Source of the DNA: an uncultured Gemmatimonadales bacterium
GTDB lineage: Bacteria > Gemmatimonadota > Gemmatimonadetes > Gemmatimonadales > GWC2-71-9
Direction: 5' to 3'
Length of the DNA stretch: 19,277 nucleotides
Assembly: GCA_963825055.1 (NCBI GenBank)
Contig: CAWGSK010000001.1
Location: 1-19,277 of the forward strand
Made by a program: the position numbers and the translations under genes
In this document: positions 1 to 8,555 of the stretch, piece after piece
Numbering within the stretch: position 1 is the first letter of the stretch
Layout of the letters: each line of letters starts with the position of its first letter
The notes under the pieces: model-generated
Databases searched by the model: none
Told to the model about the DNA's origin: nothing
What the model saw: the letters and a program-made list of their open reading frames with translations, nothing else

Positions 1-17
1 CCGCCCGTCCGCCCTGT

Positions 18-1895
18 CTATCCAACAAACTCCCTGTACCACAACTCCAGGTTCAGGATCCCCCACAGCGTCCGGCTGAAGGCGCGTTCATAGGTCATCA
101 TCTTCTCCACCTCCTCGCGGTCGAAGAGATGGCGGGTTCGCGCGTCGGGGCCGAGGAGCATGTCGCGGGCGAAGTCCCCGGCGCGTCCCCGCATCCAGAG
201 ATGGAGCGGGACGGGGAAGCCCATTTTGTCCTTGCGCTTCAGGACCGGGCCCGGCATGAGGTCGCCCACGGCCCGCTTCAGGATGTACTTCATTTCCGCG
301 CCGCGGAACTTGAGGCTCGGCGGCATCACGGTGACCAGGTCGGCGATGCGGTGGTCCAGCAGCGGCACCCGCGACTCAATCGACACGGCCATGCTCACCC
401 GGTCCTCCACCTGGAGCAGCGCGGGAAGGCCGGTGACCATGTCGAAATGAGTCATCTTGTTGTAATAGGACGACGTCGCCGGGTGGTTGAAGATTCGCTG
501 GAACCGCTCGAACAGGCCGTCCTGGTCGTAGGACGCGCGGAATTCCGGGGTGAAGACGCTGACCGCGCCCCCGCTCCGGTCAATCAGGTGGAAGTAGCGC
601 CGGTCCATCGGCTCGAAGAGGTCGGTGCGCCAGAAGCCCTGCAGCATCGGGATGTACTGCTGCAGGGTGGGCAGGTTGGGGAGGATGGACTGGAGCGAGA
701 CGATATGCTCGCCTTCCTCGTTGCTCTCGTAGACCGCCCCCTTGAGCGCCTGTTCCAGGTACGCGACCACGTACCGGGTATAGCCGCCGAAGATCTCGTC
801 TCCGCCCTGCCCGCCCAGGACCACTTTCACGTCGCGCGAGGCGAGGGCGCTCACCATGTACTGCGGGAAGAGGCCCGGGCCCGCGGCCGGCTCGTCCATC
901 CACCGGACAAGCGCCGGAAGATGCTCCACGAACTCGTCGTCCGTCGGGTATACGGTGTGGAGCCTGGCGCCGCAGGCCTCCGCCACGATCGATGCCCATG
1001 CCGTTTCGTCGAACTCCGGGCCCTCGCGGAAGGCGCCGGTGTAGGCGTCCAGCCCGCCCTCCAGCTGCCGCGAGGCGAGCATGGCGATGAGGCTCGAATC
1101 CATGCCGCCCGAGAGGTGGGCGCCGAGCGGCACGTCGCTTCGCAACTGGAGCCGGATACTGTCCTCCAGGAGCCAGCGGAGCCGCTCGGCGAAGTACTCC
1201 TCGGTGTGCATCACATCCACCTCGAACCGGGGTTCCCAGTAGCAGGTGGTGCGGGCGGTGCCGGTCGCGAGGTCCACGACCTGGTAGTGCCCCGGCCGGA
1301 CCTTCTGGATGCCGTGGAAGAGCGTGCGTTCGTCCAGGACAAACTGGAAGGTGATGTACTCCTGCAGGGTCTCGGGGTTCTCCTCCGCATGAACGGCGGG
1401 ATGCGCGAGGAGCGCCTTGATCTCGCTGGCGAACAGGAGGGTACCCGGCGTGCGGGTCCAGTACAGCGGCTTCACCCCGAAATGATCCCGCGCCGCGACG
1501 AGCCGTCCGTGGGCCCGGTCATGCAGGAGCACGGCGAACATGCCGTTCAGCCGCTGGAAGGCGGCTGTGCCGTACTCCTCGTACATGTGCAGCAGGACTT
1601 CCGTGTCCGAGCCCGTCCGGAAGGTGTGGCCGCGGTGCTCGAGTTCCTCGCGCAGCTCCAGGTAGTTGTAGATCTCGCCGTTGAACACCAGCACGGTGGC
1701 GTCGGTGCCCATCGGCTGGTGGCCGTGGGCCAGGTCGATGATCGAGAGCCGGCGCATGGCGAGGCCGACCGGCCCCTCCACGTATTCGCCCCGGTCGTCC
1801 GGGCCCCGGTGCGCCACCCGTTCGGCCATGGCCCGGAGGGTGTCGGCATCCACACCGGACCCGTCGAGCTGAATCATGCCCACGATGCCGCACAT
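18..1895 (-). CDS. asnB: Asparagine synthase (glutamine-hydrolysing) family amidotransferase, glycan-cluster associated
   Basis: N-terminal MCGIVG (Ntn Cys2), RGPD, RRLSIID, FNGEIYN, ARDHFGVKPLY, ATP-PPase loop SGGMDSS, GGQGGDEIFGGY, SIESRVPLLD, KMGFPVP; 625 aa. Confidence 0.93.
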   Translation of the reverse strand: MCGIVGMIQLDGSGVDADTLRAMAERVAHRGPDDRGEYVEGPVGLAMRRLSIIDLAHGHQPMGTDATVLVFNGEIYNYLELREELEHRGHTFRTGSDTEVLLHMYEEYGTAAFQRLNGMFAVLLHDRAHGRLVAARDHFGVKPLYWTRTPGTLLFASEIKALLAHPAVHAEENPETLQEYITFQFVLDERTLFHGIQKVRPGHYQVVDLATGTARTTCYWEPRFEVDVMHTEEYFAERLRWLLEDSIRLQLRSDVPLGAHLSGGMDSSLIAMLASRQLEGGLDAYTGAFREGPEFDETAWASIVAEACGARLHTVYPTDDEFVEHLPALVRWMDEPAAGPGLFPQYMVSALASRDVKVVLGGQGGDEIFGGYTRYVVAYLEQALKGAVYESNEEGEHIVSLQSILPNLPTLQQYIPMLQGFWRTDLFEPMDRRYFHLIDRSGGAVSVFTPEFRASYDQDGLFERFQRIFNHPATSSYYNKMTHFDMVTGLPALLQVEDRVSMAVSIESRVPLLDHRIADLVTVMPPSLKFRGAEMKYILKRAVGDLMPGPVLKRKDKMGFPVPLHLWMRGRAGDFARDMLLGPDARTRHLFDREEVEKMMTYERAFSRTLWGILNLELWYREFVG

Positions 1896-1897
1896 GA

Positions 1898-2881
1898 TCA
1901 GGCCCCCGGCGCGGCCCAGACCGGGCGGCGGACTGGCAGGGTAGTGGTCCCCAGGAAGGCAGCGTGCCGGTCCATCGACACGAGGCGGAAACTCCGCCCC
2001 AGCACGCGCATTACCTGACGGAAGAGATCGCGCTTCCTCGCGCCGGAGAGATCCATGCCCGGGAAGAAGGCGAGCTCGCTGACCTGGTCACCCCCGAGCA
2101 GGTCCAGCGGGTGCAGCAGGAAGCTGGGCTGCAGCCCGGCCAGTCGGCAGGCCGCGATGGCTGAGCGGAGATAGGACGTCATCAGGCGCTCGGACACGCG
2201 GGCGAGGTAGAGGAGGTAGCTCAGGTGGAACGGCACCCTGAAGAATGGCATGGTCGAGACGGGAATCTCGAGCAACGACCCATGCCGCCCCAGGTCCCAC
2301 CGAAAAGGTTTCACCGGGCGGGTCCCGTCCCGCCAGCTGCCGAAGAGGTTGCGGCGCTCGTGGCGTTCGTCGGGCGTAAGCCTCGCACTCCGGAAGTAGT
2401 ACCGCCGGGCGAGCGGCCCCACCCAGGTTGGCAGGGTGGATGCGTCATACGCGTAGCCCCGCTCCGCCAGCAGCCCGAGCAGGGCGGGGTTCCAGCTGTA
2501 GCCCGGGCCGCGGAAGCCGCGGGGCCGCGTGCCGGTGACGGCCTCGATCGCGCCCTCGGCCGTGATGATGTCGGCCGCGAGCCGGCGACCGTCATACGTG
2601 TGCAGCCAGGGCTCATGCTCGTAGGAGTGGTTGCCCACGTCGTGTCCGCGTGCGGTGATGGCCGCCAGCGCTGCGTTGTCGGGCGCCTGGTCGGCATCCA
2701 GGCCCACGATGAAAAACGTGATCCGGAGGTCGAGTTCGTCGAGCAGGTCCAGTACCGGGGGCAGGAATCGGCCGAGATACGACCCCCGGCGCTCCCATCC
2801 TGAGTCACCGTGGGTTTTCTGGTAGGACCAGAGGTTGTCGAGATCCAGGGAGACACTGGCGAGGGGACCGGGCTGGCTCAC
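1898..2881 (-). CDS. Polysaccharide deacetylase (CE4/NodB-like)
   Basis: Motifs SLDLDN, TFFIVG, GHDVGNHSYEH, GFRGPG, YDAS and LLHPLD are intact. The GTG start overlaps the upstream stop (GTGA, 2878-2881). Confidence 0.85.
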   Translation of the reverse strand: MSQPGPLASVSLDLDNLWSYQKTHGDSGWERRGSYLGRFLPPVLDLLDELDLRITFFIVGLDADQAPDNAALAAITARGHDVGNHSYEHEPWLHTYDGRRLAADIITAEGAIEAVTGTRPRGFRGPGYSWNPALLGLLAERGYAYDASTLPTWVGPLARRYYFRSARLTPDERHERRNLFGSWRDGTRPVKPFRWDLGRHGSLLEIPVSTMPFFRVPFHLSYLLYLARVSERLMTSYLRSAIAACRLAGLQPSFLLHPLDLLGGDQVSELAFFPGMDLSGARKRDLFRQVMRVLGRSFRLVSMDRHAAFLGTTTLPVRRPVWAAPGA

Positions 2882-4221
2882 GAGACCCCGGCGGCTACGC
2901 GGGCCTGGAGAAGGGGCAGGAGTTCCCGGGCCTTCCGGCCCGCGAGCGCCACGGTCTCATTGAGGTTCAGGGTCCCGCTCGCGATCTGCGCCGAGTTGGC
3001 GATGAACACGCCCGGCACGGAGGTGCGGGTGGGCGGCAGGAGCGTCTCGGTGTAGTTGAGCGTGGGGAGGGCCAGCACCTCCCGCGCGCGCCCGACCCGG
3101 AAGGCCCGCACGTCCGCCGCCCGGAACGCCGGGTACATCCTGGCGAGGCCTGCCAGGAATGTCTCCCGGATGTCGTCGTCGCTCCGGTTCCAGAATGCGC
3201 TGTCCTGGCTCAGGTAGCGCGGGAGGTAGACCAGGGACTGTCCACCGAATGTTGCGGGATCCACCAGCGCGGTCATCTCGATCACCGCCGTGAAGGGAAT
3301 GCCCGACTCGGTGATGTTGGTGATGTAACTCGTCCCGAGGGGTCGCGGCAGCAGCATCGACGCACAGACGATTCCCTGGTAGGTGATCCCGCGAAGCCGC
3401 GCATGTTCCTCGCGGGTGAGGGCAGGCACCATGGAGGAAATCCGGCCCGCCGCCACCGTGAGCACGGCATGGTCGTAGGCTCCCAGGGTTCCGTTCGGCC
3501 CGGCGAGGATGACGCCTCCCCCGGCTTCACGGACTTCACTGACCGGTGCTCCGCACTGCACCTGGATGCCGCGCTCCGCCACGCGCCGGTTCAGCGCCTC
3601 GAGGACGCGGCTGTACCCTCCCTCGACGTAGCCGAACAGCTCACGCTTCATGCCGCTCCGGCGGGCGGCGTACATCCGCGCGATGATGGCCCAGATGAAC
3701 GCGGCGCTCGCCGCCCGGTGGTTCTCGCCGAGCTTGGCCTTGAGCAGTGGGAGCCAGATCCGGTCGTACGTCCGCTGACCCGAGAGCTTCCGCAGCCATT
3801 CGGTGGCCGGGATGCCCTCGAGCGGCGCCGAGTCCCGGATACGGCTCGCATAGAGGATGGTCGCGGCGAGCCGTGCCTTGTCCACCATGGACAGGGGCGG
3901 GAAGCGCAGGAAGTCGAGCGTGCTCGAGAACGGGACCAGCGTGCCGTCGGTGTAGAAGGAGGTACCGGTGGCGCGCCAGGTGACTTCGTCCTCCAGGCCC
4001 AGCTCGCCCAGCAGGCCCCGGAGGTGCGTGTCCGACAGCAGGATGACGTGATAGAAGCGGTCCCAGGTATAGCCGCCGATCCGCTCGGCCGAGGCCAGGC
4101 CGCCGGTGGCGGGCGCGGCCTCGAGTACCGTGACGCGGTGGCCCCGGTCAGTGAGGCGCAGCGCCAGCGTGAGCCCGAGGACCCCGCCGCCCACCACCGC
4201 GACGGAAGCGGTCGTGGTCAC
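2878..4221 (-). CDS. NAD(P)/FAD-dependent oxidoreductase (PRK07233-like, protoporphyrinogen/amine oxidase fold)
   Basis: Start re-assigned to GTG at 4221 (GTGA overlap with the upstream stop at 4218-4220). VAVVGGGVLG dinucleotide-binding motif, TVLEAAPATGGLA and WDRFYHVIL; 447 aa. Confidence 0.85.
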   Translation of the reverse strand: MTTTASVAVVGGGVLGLTLALRLTDRGHRVTVLEAAPATGGLASAERIGGYTWDRFYHVILLSDTHLRGLLGELGLEDEVTWRATGTSFYTDGTLVPFSSTLDFLRFPPLSMVDKARLAATILYASRIRDSAPLEGIPATEWLRKLSGQRTYDRIWLPLLKAKLGENHRAASAAFIWAIIARMYAARRSGMKRELFGYVEGGYSRVLEALNRRVAERGIQVQCGAPVSEVREAGGGVILAGPNGTLGAYDHAVLTVAAGRISSMVPALTREEHARLRGITYQGIVCASMLLPRPLGTSYITNITESGIPFTAVIEMTALVDPATFGGQSLVYLPRYLSQDSAFWNRSDDDIRETFLAGLARMYPAFRAADVRAFRVGRAREVLALPTLNYTETLLPPTRTSVPGVFIANSAQIASGTLNLNETVALAGRKARELLPLLQARVAAGVS

Positions 4222-5957
4222 GACGGGACGGGGCGCGTTGACGGGCGCGTGAACAGTCTCACCCCGGCGAGCCTGACCAGCAGCAGGAGGTGCCCGGCGA
4301 TGGTTCGGGTCAGCTTCATCTTCGAGCGGCCCAGGAGCCGGACCTCGAGCGTTGCCGGGAACTCCCGCACGCCATAGCCCGCCAGGTCGAGCCGGGCCAG
4401 ATGCTCCGCCACTCCCAGGAAGCCGCCGGAACGTACCCGTACCGAGAGAGCGGCATCGCGCCGGTACACCCGCACACAGCTGGTGTGGGTGGACAGCGGG
4501 TGCCGCAGCAGGAGCCGGTAGAGCCGCGAGAGCCCGCGGGAGAGGAAGAGCCGCCATGCGGGGACATTCCGCACGGTGCCCTCGGGGTGGTACGGAGAGG
4601 CGGTCACCATCGCGACCCCGCCGGTCAGGAGCGGGATCATCCCGGCGAGCTGGTGCGGGTCATATGTGCAGTCGCAGTCGATCGAGCAGACCACCTCGGT
4701 CTTCGCCTCGCGGAGGCCGGTCAGGATCGCGGCGGCGACACCCCGGTTCCGCTCGTGACGGATGAACCGGGCGTTGCTCCAGGTGCCGAACCGGCGGTGG
4801 AGTTCCTCCCACGTGTCGTCGCTGCTGCCGTCGTCCACGAAGACGTACTCGAGCTCGTAGCGGGGTGCGAACGAACCCTCCACGGTCTTCAGCGTGTTGG
4901 CGAGGTAGGACAGGATCTGCTCCTCATTGTGGCAGGGCACCACGATCGTCACCGGCGTTCGCCTGAGCAGCCGCAGCCCCGGTGTGGCCGCCGGCGGCGT
5001 CGGGCGGCGGGCCGGGCTCGTGAGTTCCTGGTCCAGTCCGAGATGATCGGCGATGCTGGTGAAGCGGTAGCGCTCGAGGTAATAGCGCAGGATCTCCGGC
5101 ATCCGCTCGAGGTTCCGGTACTGACGGATCCGTGAATGCATCGGCGCGGCGCTGATCCTCGGCTGGTCGGGATCCAGCTCCCAGCTGTGGAAGTACATCA
5201 GGAACGGGTCGTCCCGCTGTTCCATCCAGGAGGCGACCGCGCGCCGGACGAACCAGTGCGGCAGCTGGCGGAAATAGTTCCCGCCCGCGATCGGGACCAT
5301 CCAGCCCAGCAGGTCCACGGTGGAAATGGGAAACTCCCACATGTCCCGGTCATTCACCCGGTGGAGGTGCGCGAACCGGCGCCAGGGCTCGGCGTGGAAC
5401 CGCCGGAGCAGGGGCCCGACGCTCGAGTCGTAGGCGTACCCCTCGCGGTTCAGGACGTCCAGGGCCCAGAGGTCGCGCGGGCCGAACCATGCATCCGCCA
5501 CGCGGTAGCCGAGCACCCGGCGTCCCGCCGCGCGCTCGAGCGCCTCCCGGGTCCGCGAGAGGTCCTCCCGGAACTCCGACGGCGTCATCTGTCCGATGCT
5601 GCGATGGTAGAACCCGCGGCTCGCGATCTCGTGCCCGCGTTCCGCTACCTCCCGTACCAGCTCGGGCGCGGCCTCCGCCACCCAGCCCATGATGAAGAAG
5701 GTGGCGCTCACGCCGAATTCGTCGAGGAGATCCAGGGTGTGGCGTGCGCCGCGTTCCAGGCGGTGTTCGAAGCGATGCCACTGGCGCTGCTGGATCAGGT
5801 GGTTGAAGGCCCCGACCTGGTAGTAGTCCTCCAGCGCGACGGTGAGCAGGTGCCGCCCGGTCCCGCCGGTGGGCGTGGCCGGACGCGCGGTCCCCCTGGT
5901 GAGGAGGGACCATTCCTCGTCGCTTGGAAAGTGTCGGACGGTCGCGAGTTTTGTCAC
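4218..5957 (-). CDS. Fusion of a CE4 polysaccharide deacetylase-like domain (PEP-CTERM/XrtA-locus type, DUF3473-like) and a GT2 (DPM1-like) glycosyltransferase
   Basis: N-half: TVALEDYYQV, ATFFIMGWVAE, GHEIAS, YDSS, GGNYFRQLP, YFHSWELDPDQPR. Pro/Thr linker. C-half: IVVPCHNEE, FVDDGSSDDT, NRGVAAAI, IDCDCTYDP, GRSKM. GGAGG about 10 nt upstream of the GTG start. Confidence 0.85.
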   Translation of the reverse strand: MTKLATVRHFPSDEEWSLLTRGTARPATPTGGTGRHLLTVALEDYYQVGAFNHLIQQRQWHRFEHRLERGARHTLDLLDEFGVSATFFIMGWVAEAAPELVREVAERGHEIASRGFYHRSIGQMTPSEFREDLSRTREALERAAGRRVLGYRVADAWFGPRDLWALDVLNREGYAYDSSVGPLLRRFHAEPWRRFAHLHRVNDRDMWEFPISTVDLLGWMVPIAGGNYFRQLPHWFVRRAVASWMEQRDDPFLMYFHSWELDPDQPRISAAPMHSRIRQYRNLERMPEILRYYLERYRFTSIADHLGLDQELTSPARRPTPPAATPGLRLLRRTPVTIVVPCHNEEQILSYLANTLKTVEGSFAPRYELEYVFVDDGSSDDTWEELHRRFGTWSNARFIRHERNRGVAAAILTGLREAKTEVVCSIDCDCTYDPHQLAGMIPLLTGGVAMVTASPYHPEGTVRNVPAWRLFLSRGLSRLYRLLLRHPLSTHTSCVRVYRRDAALSVRVRSGGFLGVAEHLARLDLAGYGVREFPATLEVRLLGRSKMKLTRTIAGHLLLLVRLAGVRLFTRPSTRPVPS

Positions 5958-5989
5958 GCTTCCTCTGCCTCCAGGGGACTAGTGTGCAT

Positions 5990-6005
5990 TGTGACGCAGA
6001 TCACG
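5990..6005. promoter_or_regulatory. CRP/FNR-family-like operator
   Basis: TGTGA-CGCAGA-TCACG matches TGTGA-N6-TCACA at 9 of 10 positions and is intergenic. Confidence 0.4.
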
Positions 6006-6020
6006 CAAGAGGGGAGCCAG
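6004..6020 (-). promoter_or_regulatory. Sigma-54 (-24/-12) promoter for the leftward operon
   Basis: Minus strand reads CTGGCTCCCCTCTTGCG: GG-N10-GC with TGGC and TTGC, 46 nt upstream of the GTG at 5957. Confidence 0.6.
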
Positions 6021-6184
6021 TGCCCGGCCGGGCGCAGCACGCTGTGGCGTCGTGCTGACAGTGCAGGGACCAGCGCCACACCCTGTCCGACGCCTCAACG
6101 AGTTCGCACCGGGTCCGCCGATGGCTGGATGCATCACCTCGTACCCGTGATAGTGTCTGCCCGGAAGGGTTTTGCACCCATCCT

Positions 6185-6202
6185 GTGTAGGTTGAATTAC
6201 AC
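6185..6202. promoter_or_regulatory. Palindromic putative enhancer (UAS) for a sigma-54 activator
   Basis: GTGTA-GGTTGAAT-TACAC has perfect 5-bp inverted arms and contains TGT-N10-ACA. It lies between two divergent sigma-54 motifs. Confidence 0.5.
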
Positions 6203-6235
6203 CTTGTGGCATGGGTACGACATATCTGCCCATCG

Positions 6236-6252
6236 CTGGCATCGGGATTGCT
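6236..6252 (+). promoter_or_regulatory. Sigma-54 (-24/-12) promoter for the GT-C gene
   Basis: CTGGCATCGGGATTGCT (GG-N10-GC), 46 nt before the ATG at 6299. Confidence 0.7.
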
Positions 6253-6298
6253 CCCTACTCCTCTTACCCCCGCTCCACACCCGTCTCAGACAGGTGCC

Positions 6299-7965
6299 AT
6301 GACGCTGGCGAACACCGTTCCAGACACGAGACCCACCCCTGCGGCGCCGGCTCCGGCGACGACGGGCCTCCGGCCGTGGCACATGGCCCTTGTCGCGATG
6401 CTCGTGGTCACGCACCTGGTGCTTGCGTGGCTTGGGCGGGTCCCCGCGATCACCACCGGGAACGACGACGCCCTGTACACCCTGCTCGCTCAGGGGCTGC
6501 GTTCCTTTCACTACGCCGATGCCCACGTTCTCGGTTCGCCGGCTCACGCACAGTACCCCCCCGGGTATCCTGCCATGCTGGCCCTGTGGACCAGTGTCGC
6601 GGGCTCCTCCCTGGACGCCGTCCTGGCCTTCGGGATGCTCTGCTCCGCCCTGGCCATCCTGTTTGCCTTCGACCTGACCCGGCGGCTGGTGGGAATCGTG
6701 CCTGCCCTGGCCGCCCTGGCCTGCCTGGCCGTCAATCCGGCGTTGCTCAACTATGCCGGACGGGTGGCATCCGAGGCGCCTTTCATGATGTTGGTCACCG
6801 CGACGGCCTGGGCCATGGTGGCCGTGCCTGAGGGGCCCAGGCGGTTTGTGCTGGTGGCCCTGCTGGCCATTCTGGCCTCGATGACCCGGACCATCGGGGT
6901 GAGCCTGCTCGGTGCCGTGTTCCTCGTCTGGGTCATGGAACGGCGCTACCGGGTGGCGGGGGCCTTCGGGATGCTGGCCGCCGGGAAACGTCGGCGGCTG
7001 GATTCTCTGGACCGCCCTCGCTCCGGACAAGTTCGTGGCCCGCTCCTACACGGCCACGGTGGTAAAGACCGCCAATCGCGCCGGTGACGACCTGCTGCAT
7101 GCCCTGTGGGAGCGCGGTGTGACCGCGGCCCGGGTCTATGGAGGAGGGAGTATCCCGTCCTCGCTTCCGGTTCCCACGATCCCCGGATTTTTCGCTGGAC
7201 AATCTTCTCTGGAGCGGGCTCATCGCCGTGCTGCTGGTTGCCGGGCTGGTGATCCTGTGGAGACGGAACCGGGTGGTCACGCTCTTCCTGGTCGCGTACG
7301 GGGTCATCCTCTGGCTCTGGCCCCACAAGCTGACCCGCTTCGTGGTTCCCCTGCTTCCGCTCCTCATTCCCGTGATGATCGTGGGGGCCCTCGCCCTCCT
7401 CCGGCGCTGGAGGCCGCTGGCCGTCCTGGCCGCCGTCGGACTGCCACTCCTCTGGGCCGGGAACGGGCTGGGCCGGGATCTCCGGGTACTGGAAGCGCAA
7501 AGTGACTGCAGCCGTGAGGATCCGCTCCATTCGGCGGGCTGCTTCAACGAGGACCAGCGGGCCTTCTTCAGTCTTCTTGAGTATGTTCGGGGAAACACGG
7601 ACAGCAGCGCGGTCTTCGTGACACTCAAGGAAGCCACCTTCGCGTACTACACCGGGCGGCGGGTGTACTACCCTCACCTCGTGGCCCGCCATTCGGGGGA
7701 AATCCCGGCCTTCCTCCGCCGCGAGGGCGTAGACTACGTGGTGCTGGGGCGCCTCATCCGCACGCCCGCGGTTCAGCCTGCCGCAGGACCTCCTCGCCAG
7801 CTGCAGCGAGTTCGATCTGGTCCGGGAATTCAGTCCCGATACCTACCTGCTGCAGGGTCCGGCCCGCGGGCGAGACGGCCGGGGATGCCGCGGCCTGCGA
7901 GGCGATCCGGCATTTCGTGGAGGGCGACCGGAAGCCCGAGTCCACGGTCCGCAGCCAGGCCATGA
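6299..7965 (+). pseudogene. GT-C (ArnT/PMT, GT39/GT83-like) multi-pass membrane glycosyltransferase, frameshifted as given (probably sequencing error); 3' end uncertain (7965, 8008 or 8084)
   Basis: First TM helix followed by GNDDALY, then YPPGYP, SEAPF, RTIG and many TM helices. Coding continues across frames at about 6986, 7188-7192, 7765 and 7855, ending in a periplasmic domain (FAYYTGRR, GVDYVVLG). Restored length is about 550-590 aa. Confidence 0.75.
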
Positions 7966-7990
7966 GCGCCCTCAGGGCGTCGACCAGGGG

Positions 7991-8006
7991 TGGCACCACA
8001 TTTGCT
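7991..8006 (+). promoter_or_regulatory. Sigma-54 (-24/-12) promoter for the 8085-18007 operon
   Basis: TGGCACCACATTTGCT is a near-consensus TGGCAC-N5-TTGCT, 78 nt upstream of the ATG at 8085. Confidence 0.75.
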
Positions 8007-8084
8007 AACCCACGCTCCCAGTGGAAGATGAGATGGGGGCACGGACCCCGCGAGCCTGTACACGGTGAACGTCTGGATGGATAG

Positions 8085-8555
8085 ATGACGCTGGGCGCGA
8101 CACGGTCCGATCACCCCGGAGAGGGTCTGGAAGGACATCGGGGGCCTGCGGTGGCGGTGGTCCTTCCTGCCAGTGGACGGCAGGACCGGCTGGAGCCGGC
8201 CCTCCGGCGGCTGCTGCCGGCCTGCCGGGACCTGGGCATCGAGGTCTGTGTTATCTGGCCCCAGGGCGCCGGGCCGGTTCACCGGACACTGGTCCGTGAC
8301 GGGCGCATCACCTTCCTCGCATCCCCGGGCCAGGCGACCGCCGACATGCGTGCCTTGGCCGCTCGGGAACTCGGCGCCGACATCCTCATCTTCACGGACG
8401 AGGATCGCGCCGTACTCGAGGACTGGGACGACAGCCTGATGTACCGGTCCGGCCTCTTCATCCGCCGGACCTCGGGCGAGATTAACGTGGACTGGCTGGC
8501 CCGGTTCGAATCCGAAGGGGTCTCGGACCCGGGACGGATGGCCCGCGGTGCCTGA
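8085..8555 (+). CDS. Hypothetical protein resembling the N-terminal half of a GT-A/GT2 domain
   Basis: AVAVVLPA (beta-1), IEVCVI, and ADMRALAARELGADILIFTDED with a DxD-like motif. Overlaps the next start by 8 nt; 156 aa. Confidence 0.6.
   Translation: MTLGATRSDHPGEGLEGHRGPAVAVVLPASGRQDRLEPALRRLLPACRDLGIEVCVIWPQGAGPVHRTLVRDGRITFLASPGQATADMRALAARELGADILIFTDEDRAVLEDWDDSLMYRSGLFIRRTSGEINVDWLARFESEGVSDPGRMARGA

Noticed and set aside
129..2018. Long antisense and alternate-frame ORFs (for example 129..2018 +, 5136..6302 +, 9503..11317 -, 10744..12000 -, 14968..16356 -)
   Set aside because: These are shadows of real genes caused by stop-codon scarcity at high GC. They are Arg/Pro/Gly-rich or typical antisense translations with no motifs.
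4222..4557. N-terminal extensions in the ORF track (also 9203-9493, 13910-14422, 14974-15168, 6206-6298)
   Set aside because: They overlap upstream genes or promoters. Downstream starts with an RBS or stop/start coupling fit the domain boundaries better.
4218..5957. Calling the locus a PEP-CTERM/exosortase system
   Set aside because: Only the deacetylase subfamily and sigma-54 motifs hint at it. No exosortase, PEP-CTERM tail, PrsK/R or Wzx/Wzy/Wzc genes are visible in the window.
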